A stretch of 64,000 nucleotides of DNA from Eledone cirrhosa (GCA_964016885.1 OZ024746.1:6944001-7008000), one strand, 5' to 3'; positions 1 through 12,690 are shown, numbered from the stretch's first letter. Program-made: numbers and translations. The notes: generated by a model from the sequence alone, not told the origin.

Positions 1-129
1 ACCTATGACTTACAGAAAAAAAAAATTATATCATACTGCTCATTACTCCTTTTCTAAAATTGAGAGCCTACATTTCAGGATTAAAGTCTACATTGAATAT
101 AGCTAATTTTATTTCATATATCCAAGTCT

Positions 130-395
130 CCTTGGCCAAAAACTTCTGTACTCCGCGGCTTGCAAGGCAGGACAGGAAGGCAAGAAAATACTGGAGCTTG
201 TACGGTCACTTCCTCATTGCACCGATAAACGCCGAGACCTCAGGCATCCTCGGACCCTGGATAGCTGACCTCCTCCTCCGTAAAATTGGAACGTCAGCAT
301 CTCGTTTGAAGAAGGCACCCTACGAGGTGTGGTGGCTGTTGCAGTGAGTGCCGGTGACCATTAACTGCGGAAATGCTTTTGCAATTATATTTGGG
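130..395 (+). mobile_element. Relic C-terminal restriction-like endonuclease of a CRE-type non-LTR retrotransposon
   Basis: Frame reads RKARKYWSL..APINAETSGILGP..LLRKIG..WLLQ*VPVTINCGNAFAI, matching the K-x-x-KY / P-x-x-x-ET-x-G-x-LG / GNA pattern of CRE RLE domains; in-frame TGA at 345-347. Confidence 0.7.
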
Positions 396-1076
396 GAGAA
401 AAATATAATATTGGGGGTATTCCCCCAGTTCCACCGCCTCTGCATAATATGTTTATGTATAACAGATAACAAAATATTTCCATCATTGTATAACTTCTGT
501 AAAACATAGTTGACATAATAAAACCATAGCTAAATAAAAAAAAAGTTAAAATACTGAAATGTCTTTTGGTGGAGGAATAAATTTAGAAATATGCCAACAT
601 TTCCCACTGGAGGATATTTGATGACATACATTATATTTATTTTTAAACCACAACATCCACAAACTTGAAACTGTATGTAATAATATATATTACGTATCGG
701 AAAGGTGAAAAGAAGATAAAACATTAAGTCTAAGGATGTAAATGATATGACTTCAAACAAAATAGTAATAGGTTGTTTGAAACTTAGTATGAGAATAGTT
801 ATGATAAAATACTTGAATGGCTTTAAAATCTTGGGAGGCTCTTTCGTTAAAATAGGATAGTCAATTTATTGTGATACCATAGAAATAAAGTCTTCTCCAG
901 AGATGTTGGCCTTTGGACTGTTGGTTCCCTTTATAGATTCTTGGCCTCTTTCTGTCCGTCTGTCTGTCACCTGACTAGCTGATTATTTGTCTGTGTGTCT
1001 GTCTATCTCGAATATACAACTGATAAACTGACCAGGTAGCATCAGCAGTATGGGGAAGTACACTCTTATATTTAAT

Positions 1077-1292
1077 CAAAATAGTTTCTGATTTATGTAC
1101 AAGGACAACAATTTCTTTTTTGGGGGGAGGGGGGGGGGGGGGGGGGGGGTAAAGATAAAGTCGATTAAATCGACCCCAGTGCATTACTGGTACATTTTTA
1201 TCGACCCTGTAAGGATGACAGGCAAAGCTAACCTCGGCGGAATTTAAACTCAGAACACAAAGGACATGCCACGCAGCATGTCCGACACTCTA
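1077..1292 (-). mobile_element. tRNA-derived SINE family A
   Basis: B-box-like GAGTTYAAATYC followed by the family core GCCTTTCATCCTTACGGGGTCGATAAAATAAAGTACCAG (diverged here); more than 12 copies in the window. Confidence 0.8.
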
Positions 1293-1540
1293 ATAGTTAA
1301 TGTTCTAAAATATGTGAGAATAGGTTTGAGAATTAAACTGTAAATCTGTGGATGTTCGCACCATTGGCATACTATGATTATCACAGTATGGAATATTAGT
1401 TACAATAACACAAGATAAATATCTTGTTTTTTTTTATTCTAGATAACGAGGTGGAACACTTTATAAAGTATATTCAATATAGTGTAGGGTGTATTGTCTG
1501 TGAATTTAAGTATATATGAATGCCTGTAGTGTTTGTATGA

Positions 1541-1610
<70 letters not shown>

Positions 1611-1614
<4 letters not shown>

Positions 1615-2115
1615 GAAATCGAAAATGCAACTGGGGTCTTATTTTTTTTAAAATATATATATTTATTTGGTTCCTTTACCGGTTTCGCAGTTCTGCTTTT
1701 CAAAAGTAGAGTTGAGACGGAGGGTCTGTGGTTTTTCTCACATCTGGTTGGTCTTTCTCATAAAATTCTCTAAAAGGCTACAAAATAAATTCCCAAATAC
1801 GGGCGCAAAATTTAATGAACTTGTTCACGTGACAGCCATAATTTCATTTATAACCAATCAAATTACATTTTTTAAAAAAAAGCCTTCGTGAACCCCCTTT
1901 TTTTAAGTAAAAAGAAATTCAAACACTCATATATGAAAAAACAACCCATCTCAACTCTACTTTTGAAAAGTAGAAGAACTGCGAAACCGGTAAAGGAACC
2001 AAATAAATATATATATATATTTTTTTTTAAATAAGACTCCAGTTGCATTTTCGATTTTATCTTTTTTTCTTTATACGGTTATTTTTCATTTTGTAAAAAT
2101 ACCTCACTTTCTAAT
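1611..2115. mobile_element. Fold-back element with about 130-bp inverted arms, each containing a hammerhead-like motif
   Basis: 1611-1743 is the reverse complement of about 1930-2060; flanked by (TA/GA)n and (TA)n; another copy at 12021-12233. Confidence 0.8.
1960..1995 (+). ncRNA. Minimal type I hammerhead ribozyme motif, U3-A8 variant
   Basis: ctt-TTGAAAA-gtag(aagaa)ctgc-GAAAC-cg-GTA-aag; palindromic stem III ACCGGT; AATAAA at 2002-2007. Confidence 0.6.
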
Positions 2116-2904
2116 ATATATATATATATATATAGTTTTAATACAGATATGTGTGGTTCTGTGTCTCTTCTTCAATGCTTACAAAGAAAAGAAAAGAAAA
2201 ATAGAAAGAAGTGAGGGAGGAAGATAAGTTATAATAATTGGTTTGCGGCCTAGAAAGTATTTTCAATGGTTTAAACTAGATTATAGTTCTAGAAACAGCA
2301 ACTTGTCCTAAATTATAGATAACGAAAGTTCTTTTCGCAGAGTTTATCCCATTATTTCGTTATATGATGTCAGCTACATTAGAAATAAAAGATAAAAGGA
2401 TTAGCGTGACTGTGGAGATAAGAAAATAAATATTTATTGATTTTCTCCGAGTAAATCTTTCAATGATTCTCCTTAAGGGTTAGGAGATTTATTATGTTAA
2501 CAGCCTGCGGAAATATATGATATGAAACATTGCGTTGATAGTGGTAGGTCTGAAAGGTACTCTGAGAAGCTGCTAGGGGTGATAACAGGTGACAGAAGGT
2601 CATAGAAGGTGACAGAAGCTGATAGAATTAAATTTGACAGTTGTTGTAATCTTCAAAGTCAATTGGGGAAAATTAGGCAAAAGTGAAACCATTGAACATT
2701 AATTATTAGAAATATTTTCTGATCCGGTAATATATTGATACTAAACAGTTCGATATCTCTTGACCAGACATTCCAGTTATCAATGACTGACATTGTGTAC
2801 CATACAAAACTTTAAATCAAAATTATGGACAGCTCAACATTTCGATATAAGAAGCGGGAGCACTGAATAATTATCGACGGTTTTGTTTGATATGTAGTAC
2901 GTCT

Positions 2905-3125
2905 CTAGCCAGGAAGCTCGTCAGACCAGTGCTAATCCCGGTTTCGTGGCGTGAAGCGACTAAGAGTATAAGAGTCCCCCTTGTTATTACTGGTACTCAT
3001 TTTCAGCGGAGTATCCTGGAGCAACGTGAAATAAAGTGTTCTGCTCAAGAATACAACACAGAACCCAATCCAGGAATCGAACCCATGACATTATGATCCA
3101 ACACTCTTACAACTAGGCCACACAC
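2905..3125 (-). mobile_element. tRNA-derived SINE family B variant
   Basis: Minus strand has TGGCCTAGTTG A-box-like and GGTTCGATTCC B box, then TTCTTGAGCAGAACACTTTATTTCACGTTGCTCCAG; related copies at 46310-46492 and 48380-48585. Confidence 0.75.
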
Positions 3126-3439
3126 GCCCCCACAGATATGTAATGCTGAATTCAAATCCCACCGAGGATATATCTTAGAGAAGCTAAACCCCGCTGTACA
3201 GATACATTATTTTATCGACCTCGAAAAGATGAAAGGCAAAGTTGACCTCAGCACGATTAGAAACCAGAACTTAACCAAAACACCGCTAAGTCTTTCACTG
3301 AATCTATAACCACTCTGATCTAAATAGATAACACACACTGGCTGTTTGACACTCTACTGATTCTGCCAAAACCAGCTCATCAGAATCAAACAATGAATAT
3401 CTAACTTACCAAACGATCAGGTTACCATTGGTAACATCT

Positions 3440-3825
3440 TCTCTTTCTTTTTCTTTTTTTTCTTCTTTTTCTTATTTTTCTTCTTTTTCTTCTTTTTCTT
3501 CTTTTTCTTCTTTTTCTTCTTTTTCTTGTCTTCTTCTCTTCTTTTTTCTTTTTCTTCTTTTCTTTTTCTTCTTCTCCCACCTATTCCTGAGGGGGTTGTG
3601 GGGGCAGAGTCTTCAAACATTCCTTCCAGTGGGTCCTGTCGGAAGCAACCGTCTCTAACTGATCCGGCTGGAACCCCGAGTGACCAGTCAAGCTCATGGA
3701 TGTTATCCAACCATCTTGTTCGGGGTCTACCCCTGGGTCTCCTGTCAGTGGGTTTTGCTCGTAAATCTGTCCTGCGATTCCTTCGTGAGACATTCTAACC
3801 ATGTGTCCATAGTATCGGAGCTGTT
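3440..3825 (-). mobile_element. 3' end of an RTE-like LINE with (AAG/AAAAAG)n tail
   Basis: Minus frames give QLRYYGHMVRM...RRPRGRPRTRWLDNI, followed by a purine simple-repeat tail at 3440-3575. Confidence 0.7.
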
Positions 3826-4110
3826 AACATATTGAAATTGGAAAATTCAGTACATTGATGGTTGATTGATCTACCATTGAAAATAATTATTTCTGTAGAT
3901 CAAACACTGGAGTTTCCACTTTGGCACCAAGCCAATGTTTATAAGGAGGAGGGCGTGGAGTGGAGAATATATATTTACAGTAAGAGCTGGGTGTATGGTA
4001 CGAGAGACTTAAGTGCGGGTCACTAGAGACAAAACCCCGTCTATTCGTAAACCTAAAGACCTGTGCAGCTGTCCCTCTCTCTTTCTTTCTCTCCCTCTCT
4101 CATATTCTCC

Positions 4111-4153
<43 letters not shown>

Positions 4154-4298
4154 CCTATCTCTCCCTCTCTCTCCATCTCTCTCTGATACTGGACATTGTT
4201 ATCTATAATGATATCCTCCAAAGTCACTAGAAAACCCGAGTTCAGAGAGTTGAGAAAGACAAAAGAGGAAAAAGTTTATAAACTAATTATTTTCTTTC

Positions 4299-5140
4299 TT
4301 TGGGGGTGTATACATATTATTTGGGGGTGTATATATATTATTTGGGGGTGTATATATATTATTTGGGGGTGTATATATATTATTTGGAGGTGTATATATA
4401 TTATTTGGGGGTGTATATATATTATTTGAGAGTGTATATATATTATTTGGGGGTGTATATATATATTATTTGGGGGTGTATATATATTATTTGAGGGTGT
4501 ATACATATTATTTGGGGATGTATATATATTATTTGGAGGTGTATATATATTATTTGGCGGTGTATATATATTATTTGGGGGTGTATATATATTATTTGGG
4601 GATGTATATATATTATTTGGGGGTGTATATATATTATTTGGGGGTGTATACATATTATTTGAGAGTGTATATATATTATTTGGGGGTGTATATATATTAT
4701 TTGGGGGTGTATATATATTATTTGAGGGTGTATACATATTATTTGGGGATGTATATATATTATTTGGGGGTGTGTATATATTATTTGGGTGTGTATATAT
4801 ATTATTTGGGGGTGTATATATATTATTTGGGGGTGTATATATATTATTTGGGGATGTATATATATTATTTGGGGGTGTATACATATTATTTGGGGGTGTA
4901 TATATATTATTTGGGGGTGTATATATATTATTTGGGGTGTATATATATTATTTGAGGGTGTGTATATATTATTTGGGGATGTATATATATTATTTGAGGG
5001 CGTATATATATTATTTGGTGATGTATATATATTATTTGGGGGTGTATATATATTATTTGGGGGTGTATATATATTATTTGGGGGTGTATACATATTATTT
5101 GGTGATGTATATATATATTATTTGGGGGTATGTATATATT
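4299..5140. repeat. 21-bp minisatellite (TTTGGGGGTGTATATATATTA), about 40 copies
   Basis: Direct inspection. Confidence 0.95.
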
Positions 5141-5585
5141 CTTCAGAGTAATGTACATCAAGTAATTGTCAATGTTTTGTGTTAGAAGGGCCAATGTCGT
5201 TCGGTATTCAGTAACATCCTTACGTTCTGAATTCAAATCCCGCCGAGTTCAGCTTTCATCTGTCTTTGATAAGTCTCAAGTGCTGATAAATCTAAACAAA
5301 ACCTATTTTAGGGTTAATGTTTAAAATCAGTATTTTGTGTGTATTTCAAAATGTCTAAGAAATACTGGATCGCTTAAAGCTACTCGTAGGACAGATCTTA
5401 AGTGTGTTTTAAAATAACATATGTCTAAATCAAACATAAATTTAATAGAAAATTCTGCTTTAACATATAATTCGATTTTAAGAGATCTTTAATAGTATAG
5501 ATTATTTTCTATCGCTAGTAAAATATACTTTTCTAGCATTAACAGATTGCCAACACAGCAAGATATATATATATATATATATATA

Positions 5586-5618
5586 TATGCCTACATTTCT
5601 GTGTAGAGGTGTGTGCGT

Positions 5619-5651
<33 letters not shown>

Positions 5652-5744
5652 GTATATGCCTACATTTCTGTGTAGAGGTGTGTGCGTATATATATATAAT
5701 ATATATATGTATATGCCTACATTTCTGTGTAGAGGTGTGTGCGT

Positions 5745-5777
<33 letters not shown>

Positions 5778-5945
5778 GTATATGCCTACATTTCTGTGTA
5801 GAGGTGTGTGCGTACATATATATAATATATATATATATATATATGCCTACATTTCTGTGTAGAGGTGTGTGCGTACATATATATAATATATATATATATA
5901 TATGCCTACATTTCTGTGTAGAGGTGTGTGCGTACATATATATAA
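5586..5945. repeat. Tandem repeat ATGCCTACATTTCTGTGTAGAGGTGTGTGCGTA plus variable (TA)n, about 6 copies
   Basis: Direct inspection. Confidence 0.9.
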
Positions 5946-6320
5946 TATATATATATATAATATATATATATAATATATATATATATATTTTGTTAACCTG
6001 TTTAGCTTGCTCGTTTTTTCGGCTGTCTGGCTTGTCAATTCACAGTCATTTTTATAATGTGTCTGGCCCTTATAATTGTTTCTACTTTTGGCACAAGGCC
6101 AGCAATTAGCCCCTTATAATGTATGTTAATTGCTCTGGCTTCTTCCTAGTCCATTGAGCGCTTGCCGGCATATCTCGAAAATTGCGTTTCGTTTTGTTTT
6201 GGCCGCCGCCGAAATACGATCTCGCTGAAATTATATTTGTATATATATATATATATATATATATAGTATTAATATATAAGGGAACAAAGAATCAGTGTTG
6301 CATCATATACATATTTAATT

Positions 6321-6412
6321 ACATATTACATGTGTTTCACTGTCAATCAGCTCGAGGAACGATCTATTAATGATCGAACCTGACTCTGGAATCGGAAGCT
6401 CCTCAGATATGT
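6321..6412 (-). ncRNA. Type I hammerhead ribozyme motif with extended stem II
   Basis: Minus strand: acatat-CTGAGGA-gct...agt-GAAAC-acat-GTA-atatgt, with a 6-bp stem I; related sequences at 16025-16115 and 26944-27020. Confidence 0.65.
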
Positions 6413-6679
6413 GTTAACATGTAGATTCACGTCTGAGAGGACGTAATTAACTTGCACTTTAACACCTATATATATATGTGAGGGGGGGGGGGTCGACATT
6501 AGGAAAATGAATTATTCTGCTAGCACTAAGTGACTATAAAACAACTCTCTTGCTTTTGGAGAGAATATAATGAGGGTTAATTCTTGTTGAAAACTTCCAG
6601 CCTTGCTGTGTTGGACATTGGTAGGGTCACCCTAAAAAATCATATATACATACACACACATACTAACACATATATATAA

Positions 6680-6975
6680 GGTCACGTGCCTCCTGGGGAG
6701 TCGTAGAGGAGCCATATTGATATACGGTGATTATATGGCATTTTCAAACCTGACGGAGACAATCTCCTCAGGTCTGAATACAGGTGGTTTCTTCCAGAGA
6801 AGGATAGAAAATAAAAGAAAGGGATACAAAGGAAGAATCGACCCCCAATACTATACTGGTACTTTTTATCTACCTTGAATGGATGAAGGGCAAAGTTTAC
6901 TTTGGTGGGATTTGAACTCAGCGAGAAAAGAGTTGAAACCACAAAGCATTCTATCCGACATTCTAATGGCTCTAC
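6680..6975 (-). mobile_element. SINE family C (family A head with a different tail)
   Basis: Homologous to 8987-9290 (-) and 53680-53987 (+); tail-only piece at 13825-13930. Confidence 0.75.
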
Positions 6976-7534
6976 CTCCTCCTCAAACATATCACTTAAA
7001 ATACACATTTTAAAACATTATGTTGTCATAGATACAGATATTTAGACTGAATAAAAGATGTGTGTAAATATTGACATGGTGATTTGGAGAAATTTAATTG
7101 CTATTTCTAGCATGTCAAACGACCAAATAGAGAAATATATTTCTTTTGGATGAAATCATTCTTACCTTACACCAAGTGTATATATTCTTCCACTGAAATT
7201 TGTCCTGTGGCTTTCATGGTTGTCACATGTTTTCTGCAGCTGAATTATTATTTTTTATCAGACATTGTTTTATGCTTGTTTGAAATACAAACTGGCGAAA
7301 AATGATAAAAAATATTTTTGATACAATTAAATACTATTGTTAACGTCAGCTTTACTATATTGGCGGTTTAATTCCAAATAATACTTTTAATGATGTAAAA
7401 ATGATATAACTGAAAGCTAACAAATCTTTTGGATTAATCAGTGCAAACTAAGCAAATTATTTAAACATGTTTAAGAAAACTGTAAGCTACAAGCAAATTG
7501 TTTAATTACCATAAGACACCCACACAGACACACA

Positions 7535-7638
<104 letters not shown>

Positions 7639-7967
7639 GCACACATAAACGCTCACATGTGCGCACATGCATACACATGCGCCCACATGCACACACACAC
7701 ACACACAACATATCACGAATTCAATCTATTTTCATTTTTTTATCATTTTTCACGTATTTCTTTGTGTTTTTATTTTCCTTTTCTTTCTCCTTTCTCAAGA
7801 ATTTAAGACTTCTTTTAATGAAATCATTTAGAAAACTTTTATAAAATATATTTATTTTAATACGAAATTGTGTAAATATACCTGTAAAATATTGATGTAC
7901 CAGGTACATTCAAGAGGTTTTGAAAGTTTTATCAGGGAGATATTTAGCTCAGATCAACACAAAACTC

Positions 7968-8070
7968 TAGTCTCCCTTAAAGTAGGATCCTCCAACTTCA
8001 ATGATTGTAGTCACTTCTGGAAGACCCCCTTGTAGTCCTCAAAGGTGAAGGTATCCTTCATCTCCTTGTA
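7968..8070 (-). mobile_element. Mariner transposase C-terminal relic
   Basis: Minus frames read TFTFEDYKGVFQK...IEVGGSYFKGD*, a typical mariner C-terminus. Confidence 0.6.
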
Positions 8071-8123
8071 TTTAGCAAATCTGACGGAATTGATAAAATA
8101 TAGTAGCAGTTAAGTACCAGTGA

Positions 8124-8370
8124 AGGCACATGGCTTAGTGATTAAAGCATTGGGCTTGCAATCGAAAGGTTGTGAGTTTAATTCTCGGACTGGGTGATGT
8201 GTTGTTTCCTTGAGCAAGACACTTTATTTCACGTTGCTCCAGTTTACTCAGCTGTAGAAATGAGATGATAGGGACTGGGTTCCATATCATTAAATTACCC
8301 AAGACACCTCCAACGAGATATACCTTGGAGGGGGCCAGCTAAACCTGCATAGGTGTGATCTGTCACACAC
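8124..8370 (+). mobile_element. tRNA-derived SINE family B
   Basis: GGCACATGGCTTAGTG head, B-box-like segment, then TTCCTTGAGCAAGACACTTTATTTCAC core; copies at 22581-22716, 24192-24496 and 38817-39198. Confidence 0.8.
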
Positions 8371-8986
8371 ACATACAAGTACCAGGGTAGATATGATCAA
8401 CGCGTGTTTGTACAATGCCCAACCACTTACACGTTAATTTCACGAGCAGGTTATTCGGTTGATCGTATTAACTGCAACACCCATCGTCGTAACCGACGGA
8501 GTGCCTGTACTTTCTTAAAGCTACAACAGTCATTATTTCTTGTTTGGTAAATGGAAAAACATTTTGTGTCGAGTATCGATATTAGCATGTTAATGAGATT
8601 TCCTAATAAAATTAACCTTAAATTCATAACCTCTAAACACCAATCACTTATATTAATTGATAACCTCTAAACACCAATCACTTATATTAATTGATAACCT
8701 CTACAACAGCAATCATTTTTATTAATTGATCATCTAAATATCACTAACAAACAACAAGTAAGAATTCCAAGTAAATATCATATTCGTATTTTTTATTTCG
8801 TTTTCATTGATTTTGGTAAATTTGGGCATTTGACTAATAAGAATTCCAAGAATTAGTCGTCAATATTTTACAGGTAAATTTACACCATTTCTTATCAAAT
8901 ATTCCATTATACTATAAAATGTTAACATTTTATAACCCGATCTCTGTTTTGATCAACTGAAACTATAATAGCTGTATGTATGTATG

Positions 8987-9697
8987 GTCCTGTAACTCCT
9001 GGGGAGTAGTAGGGACATTATATGAACAAATGGCGTTTCTAGGGCATTTTAAAACCTGGTGGAGACCATCCCTCTCCAGGTCTCAATACAGCAGATTTCT
9101 TTCAGAGAAGGAGAGAAAGTGAGAGAGAGGAAAAATTGAACCCAGTACTATACTGGTACTTTTTTTATTGACCTCGAAAGGATAAAAGGCAAAGTTGACC
9201 TCAACAGGATTTGAACTGAGAAAGCAGAGTGCCAGAGCCAATACCACAAAGTATTCTATCTGACGTTCTAACCACTCTACCATTCTATCTGACGTTCTAA
9301 CCACTCTACCATTCTATCTGACGTTCTAACGACTCTACCATTCTATCTGACGTTCTAACCACTCTACCATTCTATCTGACGTTCTAACCACTCTGCCATT
9401 CTATCTAACGTTCTAACCACTCTACCATTCTATCTGACGTTCTAACCACTCTACCATTCTATCTGACGTTCTAACCACTCTACCATTCTATCTGACGTTC
9501 TAACCACTTTACCATTCTATCTAACGTTCTAACCACTCTACCATTCTATCTGACGTTCTAACCATTCTACCATTCTATCTGACGTTCTAACCACTCTACC
9601 ATTCTATCTGACGTTCTAACGACTGCCATTCTATCTGACGTTCTAACGACTACCATTCTATCTGACGTTCTAACCACTCTACCATGTCACCGCCTTA
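8987..9697 (-). mobile_element. SINE family C with internally amplified A-box segment (29-bp unit, about 15 copies, 9252-9684)
   Basis: Unit on the minus strand is GGTAGAGTGGTTAGAACGTCAGATAGAAT, lying between the SINE 5' end and its B box at about 9207-9218. Confidence 0.8.
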
Positions 9698-9787
9698 TTA
9701 GATTGCAGTGTTCATTGTAGGACGGAGTAAAGATGGTGGATGGTGTGTAATTAAATAGTTACAAACAATAAAAACAGTTTCTGTAGT

Positions 9788-9970
9788 CATAGAATGGACA
9801 GGGATAGGACATAGAACTTCAGTAGACTAGAGATAGCAGTGTATTGGTGATAGAATGGACAGATATAGGACATAGCACTTTAGTAGACTAGAGATAGCAG
9901 TGTATTGGTGATAGAAAGGACAGGGATAGGACATAGAACTTCAGTAGACTAGAGATAGCAGTGTATTGGT
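9788..9970. repeat. 61-bp tandem repeat, 3 copies
   Basis: Direct inspection. Confidence 0.9.
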
Positions 9971-10061
9971 AAGTGGGTCAGTGTCAATCAATGATGTTTA
10001 CAATAGCGCAATACCAAGATATTAGAACAGTGTTCCTTTGGTGGATATCACTTACACTTTA

Positions 10062-10332
10062 CAGAGTCAGCAACTAGTCAAAATTGAAGTATTCTATGTA
10101 GAAAGTCAGCAACTGGTCAAAACTGAAGTAATTTATGTAGAGAGTCAGCAACTGGTCAAAACTGAAGTATTCTATGTAGAAAGTCAGCAACTGGTCAAAA
10201 CTGAAGTAATTTATGTAGAGAGTCAGCAACTGGTCAAAACTGAAGTAATTTATGTAGAGAGTCAGCAACTGGTCAAAACTGAAGTAATTTATCTAGAGAG
10301 TCAGCAACTGGTCAAAACTGAAGTATTCTATG
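10062..10332. repeat. 42-bp tandem repeat, about 6.4 copies
   Basis: Unit AGAGTCAGCAACTGGTCAAAACTGAAGTAATTTATGTAG-like; explains ORF 10038-10352. Confidence 0.9.
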
Positions 10333-11619
10333 ACCCTGAAGAAGAAGGTTAGTCTTTTGAACGTAGTGTCTGCTGTACAATGAGATGAGATCACCAAGAG
10401 AGATCATTAAAGATTGTAAATTATATGAACATCAGATCTCTGTATATGATCTCATCTAGAATCGTTCAGTCTTCACATTTATCTAAAAAAAACTGAATTC
10501 TTGTTATTTTTGTTGTTGTTCTCATTTGAGTTGCAAATGCAAAAAAATGTTCTTTCTGAATCCGAAAAAATAAAAAGATATGAATAAATAAATCCCAAAA
10601 TAAAATAAGTAAATTTGAAATATAGTTGAGAAACCTGATCAAAAATGTGAGGAGAGGGAGGAAACTGGGAGGAATCGTCACTTGACATCATTAAAAAATG
10701 TTAATAATATTCCTACACGTATTCCTCATATGTCGCAACATTCGCTAACCACAATTCTTTTTATGATCTTATCAATACATCTTACACGTGTGTCTATATG
10801 TATTCCTATAGTCTTTACACTTGTGTCTCTGTGTGTTCATGTGTGTGTGTCAATCTATATATGTGTGTGTATGTGTGTGTGTATCTATGTGTATGTATGT
10901 GTGTGTATTTGTGTATATGTGTGTGTGTACATGTGTGTATGTATGTGTGTGGAAGGTGTTCTTGAGTTGTCAGTTCTCTACATAGGACAGTTTATGTACT
11001 TTTCTAAAATGATTTATGCAAAAAACTGGCGACTTATTTTATTAACAAACATACGAAAATATGTGTGTAAATATGTGTGTGTATGTATATATGTGTAAAT
11101 ATGCGTGTGTGTGTGTTTAAATGGTCTAGTTTGACATGATAGGACGATGAAAGTACTCAATAATGTAAACATGATTTATTTATCCTGAGCTATTTTATCG
11201 CGTCTTGTGTTTCGGGCCACAGTGATCTTTTTACCAGACGATCGCTGTGTGTGTGCGTGTATGTATGTCTGTGTCTATGTGTTTGTCTCTGTGTGTGTCT
11301 GCGTCTTTGTGTGTGTGCGTGTTTGTTTCTGTGTGTGTGTGTGCGTGCAGTAGCGGACTGGCCAGGTTGCCAGGTTGCTCAATGCCAATAGTGCTCAATG
11401 CCAATAGTGCTCTACCACTACGGATATTACTTTCCAGTATTCTACCACTATATATATAGTGATAGAAATGTCTCATATAAAATAATACAACCAGCTATCC
11501 ACGAAATACTGATTAGTTAGCACCCCAAACACTAAATTGGGATAATACTTAAGTATATCCTAATGTTTGTTGAGTGAGATGGGGTTGGTCGGAGTATCGC
11601 TTAAGGCTTTCTCTGTTTA

Positions 11620-11955
11620 TACTGCCTCTCTGTTCTGTCCCTGTTCAATTTTTCATTATATATAACACACGCTCACACGGCTTCCATCCTTGGAACTTAA
11701 CTTAACAACCGGCTCAACCCCGATCTAATCCGCCGTGACCTTTCTCCGAACTTTACACACCTTCCCACACTTTGTCTTTCCTTCCACGCATTACCTCTGT
11801 TTGATTCACCTTTTGAACTCTGTTCCCACACACTTCTCACCTGAAGAAGGGTTTATGCCGGAAACGTCGTCCCCCACCTACCCCCACTCTCCTGAGCGTG
11901 AATTTAATAAACATTTATTGTACTGCCTCTCTGTTCTGTCCCTGTTCAATTTTTC

Positions 11956-11965
<10 letters not shown>
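11620..11965 (+). mobile_element. Penelope-like pLTR-type unit with a 45-bp direct terminal repeat and a degenerate minimal hammerhead at 11839-11870
   Basis: TACTGCCTCTCTGTTCTGTCCCTGTTCAATTTTTCATTATATATA at 11620 and 11921; ac-CTGAAGA-agg..ccg-GAAACGTC-gt followed by AATAAA. Confidence 0.55.
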
Positions 11966-12020
<55 letters not shown>

Positions 12021-12028
<8 letters not shown>

Positions 12029-12228
12029 GTGAGGTTTTTTTTACAAAATGAAAAATAACCGAGGTGTCCTACACGAGTGGAAGTATAAAGAAAAAGAGAT
12101 GAAATCGAAAATGCAACTGAAGTCTTATTTTTTTTTTAAATATATATATTTATTTGGTTCCTTTACCGGTTTCGCAGTTCTTCTGCTTTTCAAAAGGTGA
12201 GTTGAGATGGAGGGTCTGTGGTTTTTCT

Positions 12229-12233
<5 letters not shown>
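12021..12233 (-). mobile_element. Solo copy of the 1611-2115 element between (TA)n tracts, with hammerhead motif at 12160-12197
   Basis: cctt-TTGAAAA-gcag(aagaa)ctgc-GAAACCGGTA-aagg on the minus strand. Confidence 0.75.
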
Positions 12234-12304
<71 letters not shown>

Positions 12305-12323
12305 CATACATATATATGTACAT

Positions 12324-12404
<81 letters not shown>

Positions 12405-12409
12405 TATAT

Positions 12410-12653
12410 ATATCGTCTTCCTGTCTTCCTCCGGTTTTCCTCCGGTTGCAACGTTTTTTGAAATATCCAGTTCTGCGTTTACAGATTGACTTTGTTAGTT
12501 TCAGAAGATCCCGCTAAGGGTGAAAGCAGCGATTCTTTGCTTAAACTTTAATCTGTTATTTTAATAAATATTTGCTCTACGGTTCTTATATATTTGATAT
12601 ATATTTTCCTTATCGAGCCCTCTTTGGATTTTAGTCTTCAATTTTATTATTAT

Positions 12654-12660
<7 letters not shown>
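12410..12660 (+). repeat. Unclassified interspersed repeat flanked by (TA)n
   Basis: Inverted homolog at 22945-23185. Confidence 0.75.

Positions 12661-12690
<30 letters not shown>

Noticed and set aside
4276-5236. Long overlapping ORFs (NNIYTPP and IIYIHPQ repeats)
   Set aside because: Translations of a 21-bp minisatellite, open in many frames, with no splice or homology support
10330-10370. CTGAAGA-stem-GAACGTA hammerhead-like motif
   Set aside because: GAAA is incomplete and stem I is poor; at best a decayed copy
12498-12540. CAGAAGA-tccc..ggg-tGAAA motif (inverted copy near 23070-23108)
   Set aside because: No NUH site with a pairing stem I or stem III could be found
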